Source of the DNA: Candidatus Altimarinota bacterium
GTDB taxonomy: Bacteria; Patescibacteriota; Gracilibacteria; UBA1369
NCBI GenBank assembly: GCA_041659405.1
Contig: JBAZYK010000001.1
Location: forward strand, 150,001-182,000
Length of the DNA: 32,000 nt
Direction of reading: 5' to 3'
How positions within the stretch are numbered: position 1 is the first letter of the stretch; every line of letters begins with the position of its first letter. The notes under the pieces were generated by a model. The model saw nothing but the letters and a program-made list of their open reading frames with translations, made no database searches and was not told the DNA's origin. This document shows positions 17,974 to 26,242 of the stretch, in pieces. The position numbers were made by a program, and so were the translations under genes.

Positions 17974-20676
17974 TTACATCTTTTCACGCAAACCATTTGT
18001 CCAACGCTCAGCAGCCTGTAATAATGGCAGATCAATTATGCATTCATCTTGACCAGCTTTCGCACCAGTCCCGGATTTTGAGCGGTTTTTAAAGCGTAAT
18101 ATTGGAGCCTTTGTGGTCTTACCTATCTCATAAATTGCCAAATTATTACGCTCACAAAGAGCTTGTAATTTCTTTGCTTTTTCCGGGCTTACTTCCAGGA
18201 CAAAACCGCCGGTTTCACTGAAAAGTTTGATGACGTTTTCTGCTGCTAGTGATGTTGTGAGACTTTGTGTCTTTGCATTGGCTGACGACGTTTGGACGGC
18301 TTGCTTGTTGGATGCAATGACCATATCGGCTGCCATGTTGGCCGCAAGTTTACCTGTCACTGGCGCTTTCGCCAATGATACTTGTGCCCCGCCTGCCGCA
18401 GCTGGCGCCCCCGCTACCGCCACTTTTGCCAAATCAACCTCCGCGCCAATTTGACCTTCGCCACGGCCTCCAAAAGCCATTTCGGCGACGGCAACGGCTA
18501 AACCTCCTTCGCTTATATCGTGTGCGGCGTTAACTAATCCTGCGGCAACTGCATCCACCATAGTGTAAATTTCGCGCTGTACCTGGGCAAAATCCGCCTG
18601 TGGAACATTCGCTCCAAGTTCGCCGTGTAATCTGTAATATTCAGAACCGCCAAGTTCATTTTTGCGCTCACCAATCATGTAAATCTTGCTGCCGGCTTTT
18701 TTGAATTGAGTTGTAATGGCCTTTTCGTAATTATCAATTTTTCCAATACAACACATTACAGCGGAAGGTGGCACGTGCCCGCCCTTTCCTTCGTTATAAA
18801 GGCTCACATTTCCGGAAATAATCGGCGTGGCATATCCAACATAATTCTTCAATTTAATGCCCTCACACGCATCTTTAATTCCTGTAATGCCTTCGATCAA
18901 TTCCTCCATTTGCTCAGGTTTTTCGGGATTACCGTAATTTAAACAATCAGTTAAAGCCTGAGGATAAGCTCCAACCGCCGCCACATTACGCATAGACTCA
19001 ACCACCGCGTTTGCCGCCCCATGATAAGCGCTAATTAAAGCATATCTGGGATTAAAATCCGTGGATAAAGCCATGCCGATTTTTTTGGTTTTGGCATCAA
19101 CCGGCTCATCCATAAGTGGCGCTATTACGCCTGCATCAGCCATTCCCGCCTCTATTATTACATAACCCTGGACCTGTTTATCGTACCTTTCATAGACCGG
19201 TTTTCTGTGCGCGATATTTTCGGAACTCAACAAATCGAGCATGATTTTGTTCCACGCGCCGCCTGCCCTGATGGAGGACTGCGCTGACTGGGTGCCGCTT
19301 GCCTTGCCGAAAGCCTGCGGTGATTGAGCGCCACTTGTTTTATTGGAAGACTGCAGTAGACCGTCGTCCTTTAGCAATTCCTCCAAATCCGGCTCTTTAA
19401 AGCTCTTTTTCGCGGCCTTATGCGGACGATCATATGACAAACCTTCGGTAATGCTTTCGGAAGTCGCATCCACAACCTTTTCGCCTTTGTAATATAAAAC
19501 GAAATTACCTTCTTTAACTTTGCCAATATGGGAAGCGCGCGCATTCTCGGCAACCGCAGGCAGATCCCATTTTTTGTTGTAATGATCAAGAATCATTTGT
19601 GTAATGCTCGGGTGGCACATCCAAGTAAAACGTTCCTGAGTTTCCGAACAGGCGATTACCGATGGTGGCAAATCTTTGATGCCAACATGAACTTTTTCCA
19701 AATCGATTTCTGCACCAAAACCCGCTTTGGCAACCTGCTCAACTGTTGAACAAGTAACTCCGCCGGCTCCCATATCTTTAAAACTGACTTTATCTATGAG
19801 CCCCTGTTTTTGTAGAGTTTCAAAAAGATCATAAGTTGAAACCAAAATGTGACGTTTTAAAAATGGATTTGGTTCCTGGACCGCGCCTTTATTTTTTTCT
19901 TTTTCGGATTCTTTTAAAATGCCGGAAGCAAAAGCCGCCCCACCCATTCCGCTAAAATCAGTTGGTTTGCCAACAACAATAATGTCCCAATTTTCTTTGG
20001 CAGCGTTTTTAGGAACATATGAATGAATAATGTCCGATTCCTTAACCATGCCCACAGCCACCACATTTACCAAACAGTTATCGTTATAAGAAGGATCAAA
20101 ATAAATATCGCCGCCAAGATTTGGAATGCCCACAGGATTGCCATAGCCGGCAATTCCACTAACAACTCCATTAAAAATTTGACGAGGTTGATTTTCCTTA
20201 ATATTCCCCAGCCGAAGCGGATCCATCACACCCAAAACGCGTCCACCCATGCAGGCAATGTCACGAATACAGCCACCGATTCCGGTTGCCGCGCCTTCAA
20301 AAGGAACAATTTGCGAAGGGTGATTATGGCTTTCATGTCCCACAATTAGGCCGTAACGATCTTGAATGGCTTTACCCTTTGAGTCTTTCTTCTTTGTAGT
20401 TATTTTCGCAATTTCCACAATTCCCGCGTCCTCACCAACACCTAAAACTACATTTGGAGCTTTAGTTGGCAGCAGCTTTAAATAGCGTCTGCTACTTTTG
20501 TATGAGCAGTGTTCCGAGCCCTGGATTCCCCACAAAATGGCTTCTGTAACAGTTGGCGGTCTCTTTAAAATCTTCTCGATCTCCCTTGCTTCTTCTATAG
20601 TCAGACCGATTTTGTGTTCGTTAAGCGCGTTTTGCACTTCGGCATCCGACATCTTAGAAAACGCGAGGGTGTCCAT
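17974..20676 (-). CDS. purL: Phosphoribosylformylglycinamidine synthase subunit PurL (FGAM synthase II), 900 aa with low-complexity insertions
   Basis: It carries PurL/AIR-synthase-related blocks: GVGEDAGIV, GHESHNHPSQIVPFEGAATGIGGCIRD, GNPVGIPNLGG, MGGAAFAS and SEGGLAVAVAEMAFGG. Confidence 0.93.
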   Translation of the reverse strand: MDTLAFSKMSDAEVQNALNEHKIGLTIEEAREIEKILKRPPTVTEAILWGIQGSEHCSYKSSRRYLKLLPTKAPNVVLGVGEDAGIVEIAKITTKKKDSKGKAIQDRYGLIVGHESHNHPSQIVPFEGAATGIGGCIRDIACMGGRVLGVMDPLRLGNIKENQPRQIFNGVVSGIAGYGNPVGIPNLGGDIYFDPSYNDNCLVNVVAVGMVKESDIIHSYVPKNAAKENWDIIVVGKPTDFSGMGGAAFASGILKESEKEKNKGAVQEPNPFLKRHILVSTYDLFETLQKQGLIDKVSFKDMGAGGVTCSTVEQVAKAGFGAEIDLEKVHVGIKDLPPSVIACSETQERFTWMCHPSITQMILDHYNKKWDLPAVAENARASHIGKVKEGNFVLYYKGEKVVDATSESITEGLSYDRPHKAAKKSFKEPDLEELLKDDGLLQSSNKTSGAQSPQAFGKASGTQSAQSSIRAGGAWNKIMLDLLSSENIAHRKPVYERYDKQVQGYVIIEAGMADAGVIAPLMDEPVDAKTKKIGMALSTDFNPRYALISAYHGAANAVVESMRNVAAVGAYPQALTDCLNYGNPEKPEQMEELIEGITGIKDACEGIKLKNYVGYATPIISGNVSLYNEGKGGHVPPSAVMCCIGKIDNYEKAITTQFKKAGSKIYMIGERKNELGGSEYYRLHGELGANVPQADFAQVQREIYTMVDAVAAGLVNAAHDISEGGLAVAVAEMAFGGRGEGQIGAEVDLAKVAVAGAPAAAGGAQVSLAKAPVTGKLAANMAADMVIASNKQAVQTSSANAKTQSLTTSLAAENVIKLFSETGGFVLEVSPEKAKKLQALCERNNLAIYEIGKTTKAPILRFKNRSKSGTGAKAGQDECIIDLPLLQAAERWTNGLREKM

Positions 20677-20739
20677 TTAATTAATAATTAATAATTAGTA
20701 ATTCTGGGGGTGGATTTTTGCCGGAGAAAAAGCATTCGC

Positions 20740-20748
20740 ATTATAGCA
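20740..20748 (-). promoter_or_regulatory. Extended -10 promoter element upstream of purL
   Basis: The minus strand reads TGcTATAAT (20748->20740), about 65 nt upstream of the purL ATG. No good -35 hexamer occurs at 16-18 nt spacing. Confidence 0.45.
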
Positions 20749-20819
20749 AATTTATTTTCAATTCCAAGCAAGTTCAACGAATCGAACCTGCCTTTTTCTT
20801 GTAACTTGATTTGTATAGC

Positions 20820-21035
20820 CTATCTATGGAAAGCCAATAAAGCCATTGTGCGGGCATTTTTAACGCCCAATGCAACCGCCTTTTGGTGCTTAAGGCAAGT
20901 TCCCGTGTAGTAACGAGGAATGATTTTGTAGTACTGACTTATGAATTTACGGAGAAGTGGAATATTTTTGTAGTCGATGTATTTCACTTCATCAACGCAG
21001 AATTGACAAGGTTTGTTGTATTTATTCTTAGCCAT
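20820..21035 (-). CDS. rpsR: 30S ribosomal protein S18
   Basis: A 71-aa ORF containing CQFCVDEVKYIDYKNIPLLRKFIS...GTCLKHQKAVALGVKNARTMALL. It follows ssb in the conserved rpsF-ssb-rpsR order. Confidence 0.95.
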   Translation of the reverse strand: MAKNKYNKPCQFCVDEVKYIDYKNIPLLRKFISQYYKIIPRYYTGTCLKHQKAVALGVKNARTMALLAFHR

Positions 21036-21066
21036 GGTGTTGAATTAAAATAAGTAGTTCAGGTTG

Positions 21067-21510
21067 TTAGAATACCTCTTCCGGAGGCATTTCTTCCGAT
21101 TGCATTTCGTTGTGTTCGCCTTCTGTAATTGGCATAGTTGCGATTGAATCTTCTGTGCCGTTTTCAGTTTCGTTATTTGGACGCTTTTCAAGCATGATCA
21201 GGTCATTGGCAACAATTTCGGTGCGGAATTTCTTTACGCCTTCCGGAGTGTCCCAGCTGCGAGTCTTTAAATAGCCTTCAATATAAACGAGTTTTCCTTT
21301 GCGTAAATATTTGTGACAAATTTCCGCAAGACGAGCCCAAGCAACAACTTCATGAAACTCACTGGATGTATGGCGTTGGTTATCACGAGTAGCCCATTCA
21401 CGATTTGTAGCAATACCGAATGTTACAATTGGTTGTCCACTGGTTGTCTGTTTAAGTTCAGGATCTCGAGTAAGGTTTCCAATGAGGATGACTTTATTAA
21501 TGCTTCTCAT
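21067..21510 (-). CDS. ssb: Single-stranded DNA-binding protein
   Basis: The OB-fold N-terminus reads INKVILIGNLTRDPELKQTTSGQPIVTFGIATNREW...FHEVVAWARLAE...KGKLVYIEGYLKTRSW. The acidic C-terminal tail ends in PPEEVF. Confidence 0.95.
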   Translation of the reverse strand: MRSINKVILIGNLTRDPELKQTTSGQPIVTFGIATNREWATRDNQRHTSSEFHEVVAWARLAEICHKYLRKGKLVYIEGYLKTRSWDTPEGVKKFRTEIVANDLIMLEKRPNNETENGTEDSIATMPITEGEHNEMQSEEMPPEEVF

Positions 21511-21564
21511 AGATGAGGATTTATAATATGAATGTTTTTATGCCGGCGTAGCAGCGCAAATCTG

Positions 21565-22125
21565 TTAGAAGTTAAGGTCCGGATTGTCGATGATGCTCTT
21601 TAGTTTAGCATCAACATCTTCTAAATCCTTTTTCTTCTTCTTTGTTGTCTCCTCTGCAGCTTCTACCTTTTCTTCAGGTTTTGCTTTTGGCTCAACCTTT
21701 GGTTCAACCTTAGGTTCTGCTTTAGGCTCAACCTTGGCATAAGGCTTTTTATCATCTGTTTTGCCTTCAACCAAAGCTTCCTCTACTACAACCGTATAAT
21801 CTTTTGGAACGTAGGTCGTAGGAAGAGTGATGAACATGTGGCGAACAACTTCCGGTTCGAGTCTTAAAACTCGATCCATTTCTTTAATGTGCTGCGGATC
21901 AGATACAAAATCAAGGACTGCATAATAGCCCTTTCTTTGTTTACCGATAGCATATGCGAGATCTTTAAGACCCCACAATTCCTCATGGAAAATTTCACCT
22001 TTTACAGAGGTGATCTGTTTGCGCACCTTATCAAGGCGCTTTTTAATATCATCTTCTCCAATATCCGGATTGATGATTACCATCAGCTCGTAGCGTTTGG
22101 CATCGGAAAGAACTGTATTGTTCAT
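21565..22125 (-). CDS. rpsF: 30S ribosomal protein S6 with a repeat-containing C-terminal extension
   Basis: The S6 core (YELMVIINPDIGEDDIKKRLDKVRKQI...YYAVLDF...EMDRVLRLEPEVVRHM) is followed by about 65 extra residues that include the tandem EPK(A/V) repeats KVEPKAEPKVEPKVEPKAKP. Confidence 0.93.
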   Translation of the reverse strand: MNNTVLSDAKRYELMVIINPDIGEDDIKKRLDKVRKQITSVKGEIFHEELWGLKDLAYAIGKQRKGYYAVLDFVSDPQHIKEMDRVLRLEPEVVRHMFITLPTTYVPKDYTVVVEEALVEGKTDDKKPYAKVEPKAEPKVEPKVEPKAKPEEKVEAAEETTKKKKKDLEDVDAKLKSIIDNPDLNF

Positions 22126-22149
22126 TCTTTCTATGGGTTAAGAAATAGA

Positions 22150-22495
22150 TGCTTAAGTAAGCCAATCCGGATTTGAGGATAAGGTGTCGCTTTGCGACTC
22201 CCTACTGCTAGGCCTGCTTAGGGCAGGCGCTTGCCTCACTTCGTTCGGCTTACAGAAAGAAAAGCATTGGGACTTTAACAAAAACTTTTCCTTAAAGCAA
22301 GTGTTGCTCGCGATAGAGATAGTCACTCATGGGCGTAGCGGAAAAATCCAAAGCTGCCTTGAAGCCCTTGCCTTAGTTGATTCAAAAATAGCCTTGGCTG
22401 ATATAAGCCACAATTTGCCAAGATTTGCCAAATCCGGACTTTTTCCTAAGTTTTATTTCCCGTAAGATCATGCTCAATGTCAAGGATGGCTTGCT
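22150..22495 (-). ncRNA. Candidate structured RNA with RNase P RNA-like motifs (possible rnpB); alternatively a long rpsF leader
   Basis: On the minus strand, AGGAAAAAGUCCGGAUU (22447->22431) resembles RNase P CR-I, GAGGAAAGUCCGG. About 275 nt downstream come GAGGCAAGCG, a GCCUGC-CCUAA-GCAGGC hairpin (22228->22212), CCUAGCAGUAGGGA, a GUCGC-AAA-GCGAC hairpin (22198->22186) and AAAUCCGGAUUGGCUUAC (22174->22157). These are collinear with the E. coli blocks GGAGCAAGGCC ... CCUAGAUGAAUGA-CUGUCCACGACAG-AACCCGGCUUA. No convincing ORF is present. I could not fold P1-P3 or P5 cleanly by hand. Confidence 0.4.
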
Positions 22496-22981
22496 TTTTG
22501 AAAAGTCTGTTTTTTAATATAATTGTTTTTAGCACTTTCCCATTGATTTAAGCCGTTTTATACGACACCAGTAAAGTTTACTATACAATACTACTTGACA
22601 ATATCTCTCTTTTTTGGCAATCTTAACGTCTTGATTAGGATTTTTCAGGTGTGTAACGTAGATATGAAAGTGCAAATTTCGCAGACGCATACACAAAAAG
22701 GACGCAGTATTTACTAACACAATATAGATATTAGTACTACGCTCACTCAACAACTAGCAGTTAATGAAGATGCACGACGTGCACGCCACCTAAAAGTATT
22801 CACAAAGGCTGCAGCTCTTCGTTTCTCCGCAATTACCTCGTTATCTACCAATGTATTAAAGCAGGGCTTTGAAGGAAGTCAGAGAGTTAAAAGTGCTTTA
22901 AGTCCATATTTTCATTTCAAGAAGGCTGAAGAAAAAGTTGCCGCACCCGGTCATAAGCTCTTTGTACGCTATACCGCCCTG

Positions 22982-24037
22982 GTGGCCGCATTGATGATGA
23001 TTAGCGTATACACACCATCTAATGCCTATTCTGATGGATCTTCCGCTGCTTCTGCTGCTGATATTGGAGAAATCTGGCAGTCTTCCCAGGTTGATAGCAC
23101 ATTGATGACCGACCAGGAAGGTTACTTGACTAAGGTTAATCCTCAAACAAGCATTGGTGATCGCAGCACTATGAATGATTATCTTGTACATACGATTGCT
23201 TCCGGTGAAACAGCATCTACAATCGCAACTTCTTACCAATTACATACTTCTACTGTTCTCTGGGCGAATAACATTTCAGATAGAAGCACATTACAGGTTG
23301 GACAAAAACTATTTATTCCTCCAGTCGACGGCGTAAGCCATAAGATTGCCAAAGCTGACAATCTCCAAAAGATTGCAAAAGCTTATGGTGTAAGCGCCGA
23401 TGCTATTTCTAAACAGAATGGTTTAACCAATGGAACACTTATCTACGGCGAAGATCTGATCATCCCAGGAGGAAAACCACTTCCGGTTGATACAGCTCCG
23501 GATTTGAGCAAAGTTAAGATTAAAAATACAACTGTTGGCCGTGATACACCGGCCCGTGTGACTACAGCTTCCCGCGTTAATGCAGTTGCCGCTGTTCCTA
23601 CTGCCGGTGGAGCTATTCTTGGTGGTACAAGTGCCGTTCCTATAGGAAATAAACCATTCATATTCCCAACTCATGGCCAAATCACTCAAGGCTTCCGTAG
23701 TGGTCATTATGCTTTTGATATTGCAAACACTGATCGTCCAGCCATCTGGTCTGCCGGAGCAGGTACGGTTGTAAAGGTAGTATCCGGCTGTGCTGACGTT
23801 TCTTATTCTTGTGGTGGAGGTTATGGTAATCACGTTATCATCGACCATGGAAATGGCCTTCAGACGCTTTATGGACACATGACATACACTTCAGTTCAAG
23901 TTGGTGATCGTATTGACCAGGGACAAGTTGTTGGCAAGATGGGACGTAGTGGACGTGTTCGTGGTGTAACCGGCATTCATTTACACTTCGAAGTTCGTAA
24001 AAATGGCGTGAAACAAGTTCCTTCCAACTTTTACTAG
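22982..24037 (+). CDS. Secreted or membrane-anchored LysM-LysM-M23 peptidoglycan metallopeptidase; true 5' end uncertain
   Basis: Two LysM repeats are present (YLVHTIASGETASTIATSY... and HKIAKADNLQKIAKAYGVSADAISKQNGL...). The M23 catalytic blocks are HYAFDI, GGYGNHVIIDHGNG and GIHLHFEV. The GTG at 22982 is the first canonical start, but the frame is open upstream to 22718 (see finding). Confidence 0.9.
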   Translation: MAALMMISVYTPSNAYSDGSSAASAADIGEIWQSSQVDSTLMTDQEGYLTKVNPQTSIGDRSTMNDYLVHTIASGETASTIATSYQLHTSTVLWANNISDRSTLQVGQKLFIPPVDGVSHKIAKADNLQKIAKAYGVSADAISKQNGLTNGTLIYGEDLIIPGGKPLPVDTAPDLSKVKIKNTTVGRDTPARVTTASRVNAVAAVPTAGGAILGGTSAVPIGNKPFIFPTHGQITQGFRSGHYAFDIANTDRPAIWSAGAGTVVKVVSGCADVSYSCGGGYGNHVIIDHGNGLQTLYGHMTYTSVQVGDRIDQGQVVGKMGRSGRVRGVTGIHLHFEVRKNGVKQVPSNFY

Positions 24038-24103
24038 GAAGAACTCTATTTACAAAGATTAGCGGTCACTATAGACTAACCCCCGGCCTTTTTGTCATGC
24101 CCT

Positions 24104-24364
24104 ATGTGGAAGAAAATCCTTAGTATCCCCCGAAAACCTCTGCTCTTTCTGATTCGTCTGTACCAAAGAACACTTTCTCCCGACCATGGTTTCGTTAAAA
24201 TTTTGTTTCCCTATGGATATTGCAAATATCAGCCAACCTGCTCGGAATACGGTTACCGGGCCATCGAGAAGTTTGGTCTTTTAAAAGGTGTTCCGCTGGC
24301 TTTGTGGCGTGTTTTACGCTGCAATCCATGCAGTAAAGGCGGCTTAGATCCAATCAAAAATTAG
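24104..24364 (+). CDS. yidD: Membrane protein insertion efficiency factor YidD
   Basis: Sequence: [26 protein letters not shown]...[45 protein letters not shown] prefer the ATG at 24104 over the TTG at 24092 listed in the ORF track. Confidence 0.9.
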   Translation: MWKKILSIPRKPLLFLIRLYQRTLSPDHGFVKILFPYGYCKYQPTCSEYGYRAIEKFGLLKGVPLALWRVLRCNPCSKGGLDPIKN

Positions 24365-24418
24365 TAATTATAAATCTTACATCAATTCGTCACTCCTAAT
24401 TCGTAATTCGTAATTTCT

Positions 24419-25957
24419 ATGATCAAGCGTGCCCTCATCAGCGTTAGTGATAAAACGGGATTAGTTGAATTTGCTCAGGTTTTAGCAAAGGGTGGAGTTG
24501 AAATTCTTTCGACCGGAGGAACGGCAAAAGCGCTTAAAGAAGCTGGAATTAAAGTTACCGAAGTTTCGGACTTTACCGGTTTTCCAGAGATTTTGGATGG
24601 CAGAGTCAAAACACTTCATCCAAAAATTCATGGAGGACTTTTGGCCTTGCGTGAAAAGCCCGAACACATGGAACAGATCAAAAAACTTGGCATTGAGCCG
24701 ATTGATTTGGTGGTTGTGAATTTGTATCCTTTTGAGGAAACGGTCGAACGTGAAGATGCGACTGCTGCGGAAATTATTGAAAATATTGATATTGGCGGTC
24801 CGAGTATGATCCGTTCTGCAGCCAAAAACTTTGGTTCGGTTACTGTAGTCACAAATCCAATGGATTACGCCGGGGTAATGGAAGAATTCAAAAAGAATGG
24901 CGATACCACTCTGGAAACGCGCAAGTTGCTGGCCAGAAAAGCCTTTTCCAGAACTTATCAATATGACGAAGCAATTGATCATTACTTTAGAAAAGAACTT
25001 GGTGAAGCGGAACTTTTGGATCTGCATTATGAAAAAGTTCAGAGTTTGCGCTATGGCGAAAATCCGCACCAGAAAGCGGCCTTCTTCCGAAACCCTTTAA
25101 ACAAAGATGCCAACATTACCAATGCCAAGGTGCTGCATGGAAAGCAACTTTCGTTTAATAACATTGTAGATGGGGACGCTGCTTTGGAACTGGTTAAGGA
25201 GTTTAAAAAGCCAACTGTTGCCGTTATTAAGCACAATAATCCATGTGGTGTTGCTTCCGCGGAAACTATTGAAGAAGCTTTTGAATTGGCTTTTAATGTT
25301 GACCCGATGTCGAGTTTTGGTGGAGTTATTGCCATGAATCGACCTTGCAACATGAATTTGGTAAATTCAATCAATCAAAAAAAATGGTTTGTGGAGATTA
25401 TTATTTCCCCAAAATTTGAAGAAGATGCTTTAAAAGAGCTGATGAAGAAGCCAAATTTGCGTTTGCTTGAAACCGGACCGTTAAAGCTTGATCTGCAAAG
25501 TCGTGACATCAAAAAAGTTGCCGGCGGTATTTTAATTCAAACCAAAGACACTTATCTGGTTTCAGAAAAAGATTTGAAAGTTGTAACAAAAAAACAGCCA
25601 ACTCCCGAGCAAATCAAGAGTATGCTTTTTGCAACGACCATTGTTAAACACGTGAAATCAAATGCGATTGTCTTGGCTAAGGCGGAAGTGGTAATGGGAA
25701 TTGGCGCAGGACAAATGTCACGCGTGGATGCCGTACATTTGGCTTGTTATAAAGCCGGAACGGAACGGGCGAAAGGCTCGGTAATGGCGTCGGATGCGTT
25801 TTTTCCTTTTGCGGATGGTGTGGAGATGGCTGCTGAAAACGGAATAGAAGCTATTGTTCACCCCGGTGGGTCAATCCGCGACGAAGAAGTAATCAAGCGC
25901 GCGGATGAACTTGGCTTGGTAATGGTGGTTACCGGCGTGCGGTTTTTTAGGCATTAG
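24419..25957 (+). CDS. purH: Bifunctional AICAR formyltransferase / IMP cyclohydrolase PurH
   Basis: The MGS-like N-terminal domain reads ALISVSDKTGLVEFAQVL...ILSTGGTAK...DGRVKTLHPKIHGGLLA. The AICARFT domain carries LRYGENPHQKAAF, KHNNPCGVA, GAGQMSRVDAV and SDAFFPFADGVE. Confidence 0.97.
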   Translation: MIKRALISVSDKTGLVEFAQVLAKGGVEILSTGGTAKALKEAGIKVTEVSDFTGFPEILDGRVKTLHPKIHGGLLALREKPEHMEQIKKLGIEPIDLVVVNLYPFEETVEREDATAAEIIENIDIGGPSMIRSAAKNFGSVTVVTNPMDYAGVMEEFKKNGDTTLETRKLLARKAFSRTYQYDEAIDHYFRKELGEAELLDLHYEKVQSLRYGENPHQKAAFFRNPLNKDANITNAKVLHGKQLSFNNIVDGDAALELVKEFKKPTVAVIKHNNPCGVASAETIEEAFELAFNVDPMSSFGGVIAMNRPCNMNLVNSINQKKWFVEIIISPKFEEDALKELMKKPNLRLLETGPLKLDLQSRDIKKVAGGILIQTKDTYLVSEKDLKVVTKKQPTPEQIKSMLFATTIVKHVKSNAIVLAKAEVVMGIGAGQMSRVDAVHLACYKAGTERAKGSVMASDAFFPFADGVEMAAENGIEAIVHPGGSIRDEEVIKRADELGLVMVVTGVRFFRH

Positions 25958-26184
25958 GACGCCTGCCCGTACTTTTCCGCAAGATATTTAACGATTTCAG
26001 AAGATTCGTTCATGATTGTGCCGTTGTCGTCGATTACAGGCACTGTTCCGCCAAGCTTGATGACAACTTCAGGTTTATTGGCAGGATCGATATTCACTTT
26101 TTCGTAATCGAGCTTTAGTTCAGCCAGTTTTTGACGAACTTTTTCGCAAAAAGGACATTCGGTGTATTGGTAGAGTTTAATCAT
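25954..26184 (-). CDS. Glutaredoxin-like small redox protein
   Basis: A 76-aa thioredoxin-fold ORF with the active site CPFC (MIKLYQYTECPFCEKVRQKL...) and TVPVI. Its stop codon overlaps the purH stop codon (25954-25957, convergent). Confidence 0.85.
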   Translation of the reverse strand: MIKLYQYTECPFCEKVRQKLAELKLDYEKVNIDPANKPEVVIKLGGTVPVIDDNGTIMNESSEIVKYLAEKYGQAS

Positions 26185-26242
26185 AATTTGAAATTAAGAA
26201 TTAAAATTAAAGAATGGCACGTTGATTTGCTCGACCGGTTAA

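Noticed and set aside
22184-22465. A 93-aa plus-strand ORF (GTG start) and a 74-aa minus-strand ORF (22529-22753) in the rpsF/M23 intergenic region.
   Set aside because: There is no motif, the start codon is weak, and the ORFs overlap a region better explained by hairpin-rich structured RNA and by the peptidase 5' extension.
22715-22717. Possible alternative genetic code (TAA reassigned), prompted by the in-frame stop in the peptidase 5' extension.
   Set aside because: TAA, TAG and TGA all terminate well-conserved genes at the expected positions in this window (atpH, atpA and atpD end in TAA; atpG, atpC and purH in TAG; atpF in TGA). The standard code 11 fits.
24482-25069. A 195-aa minus-strand ORF inside purH.
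   Set aside because: It is antisense to a highly conserved purH segment. The sequence is Phe/Asn/Ile-rich junk typical of AT-rich antisense frames.
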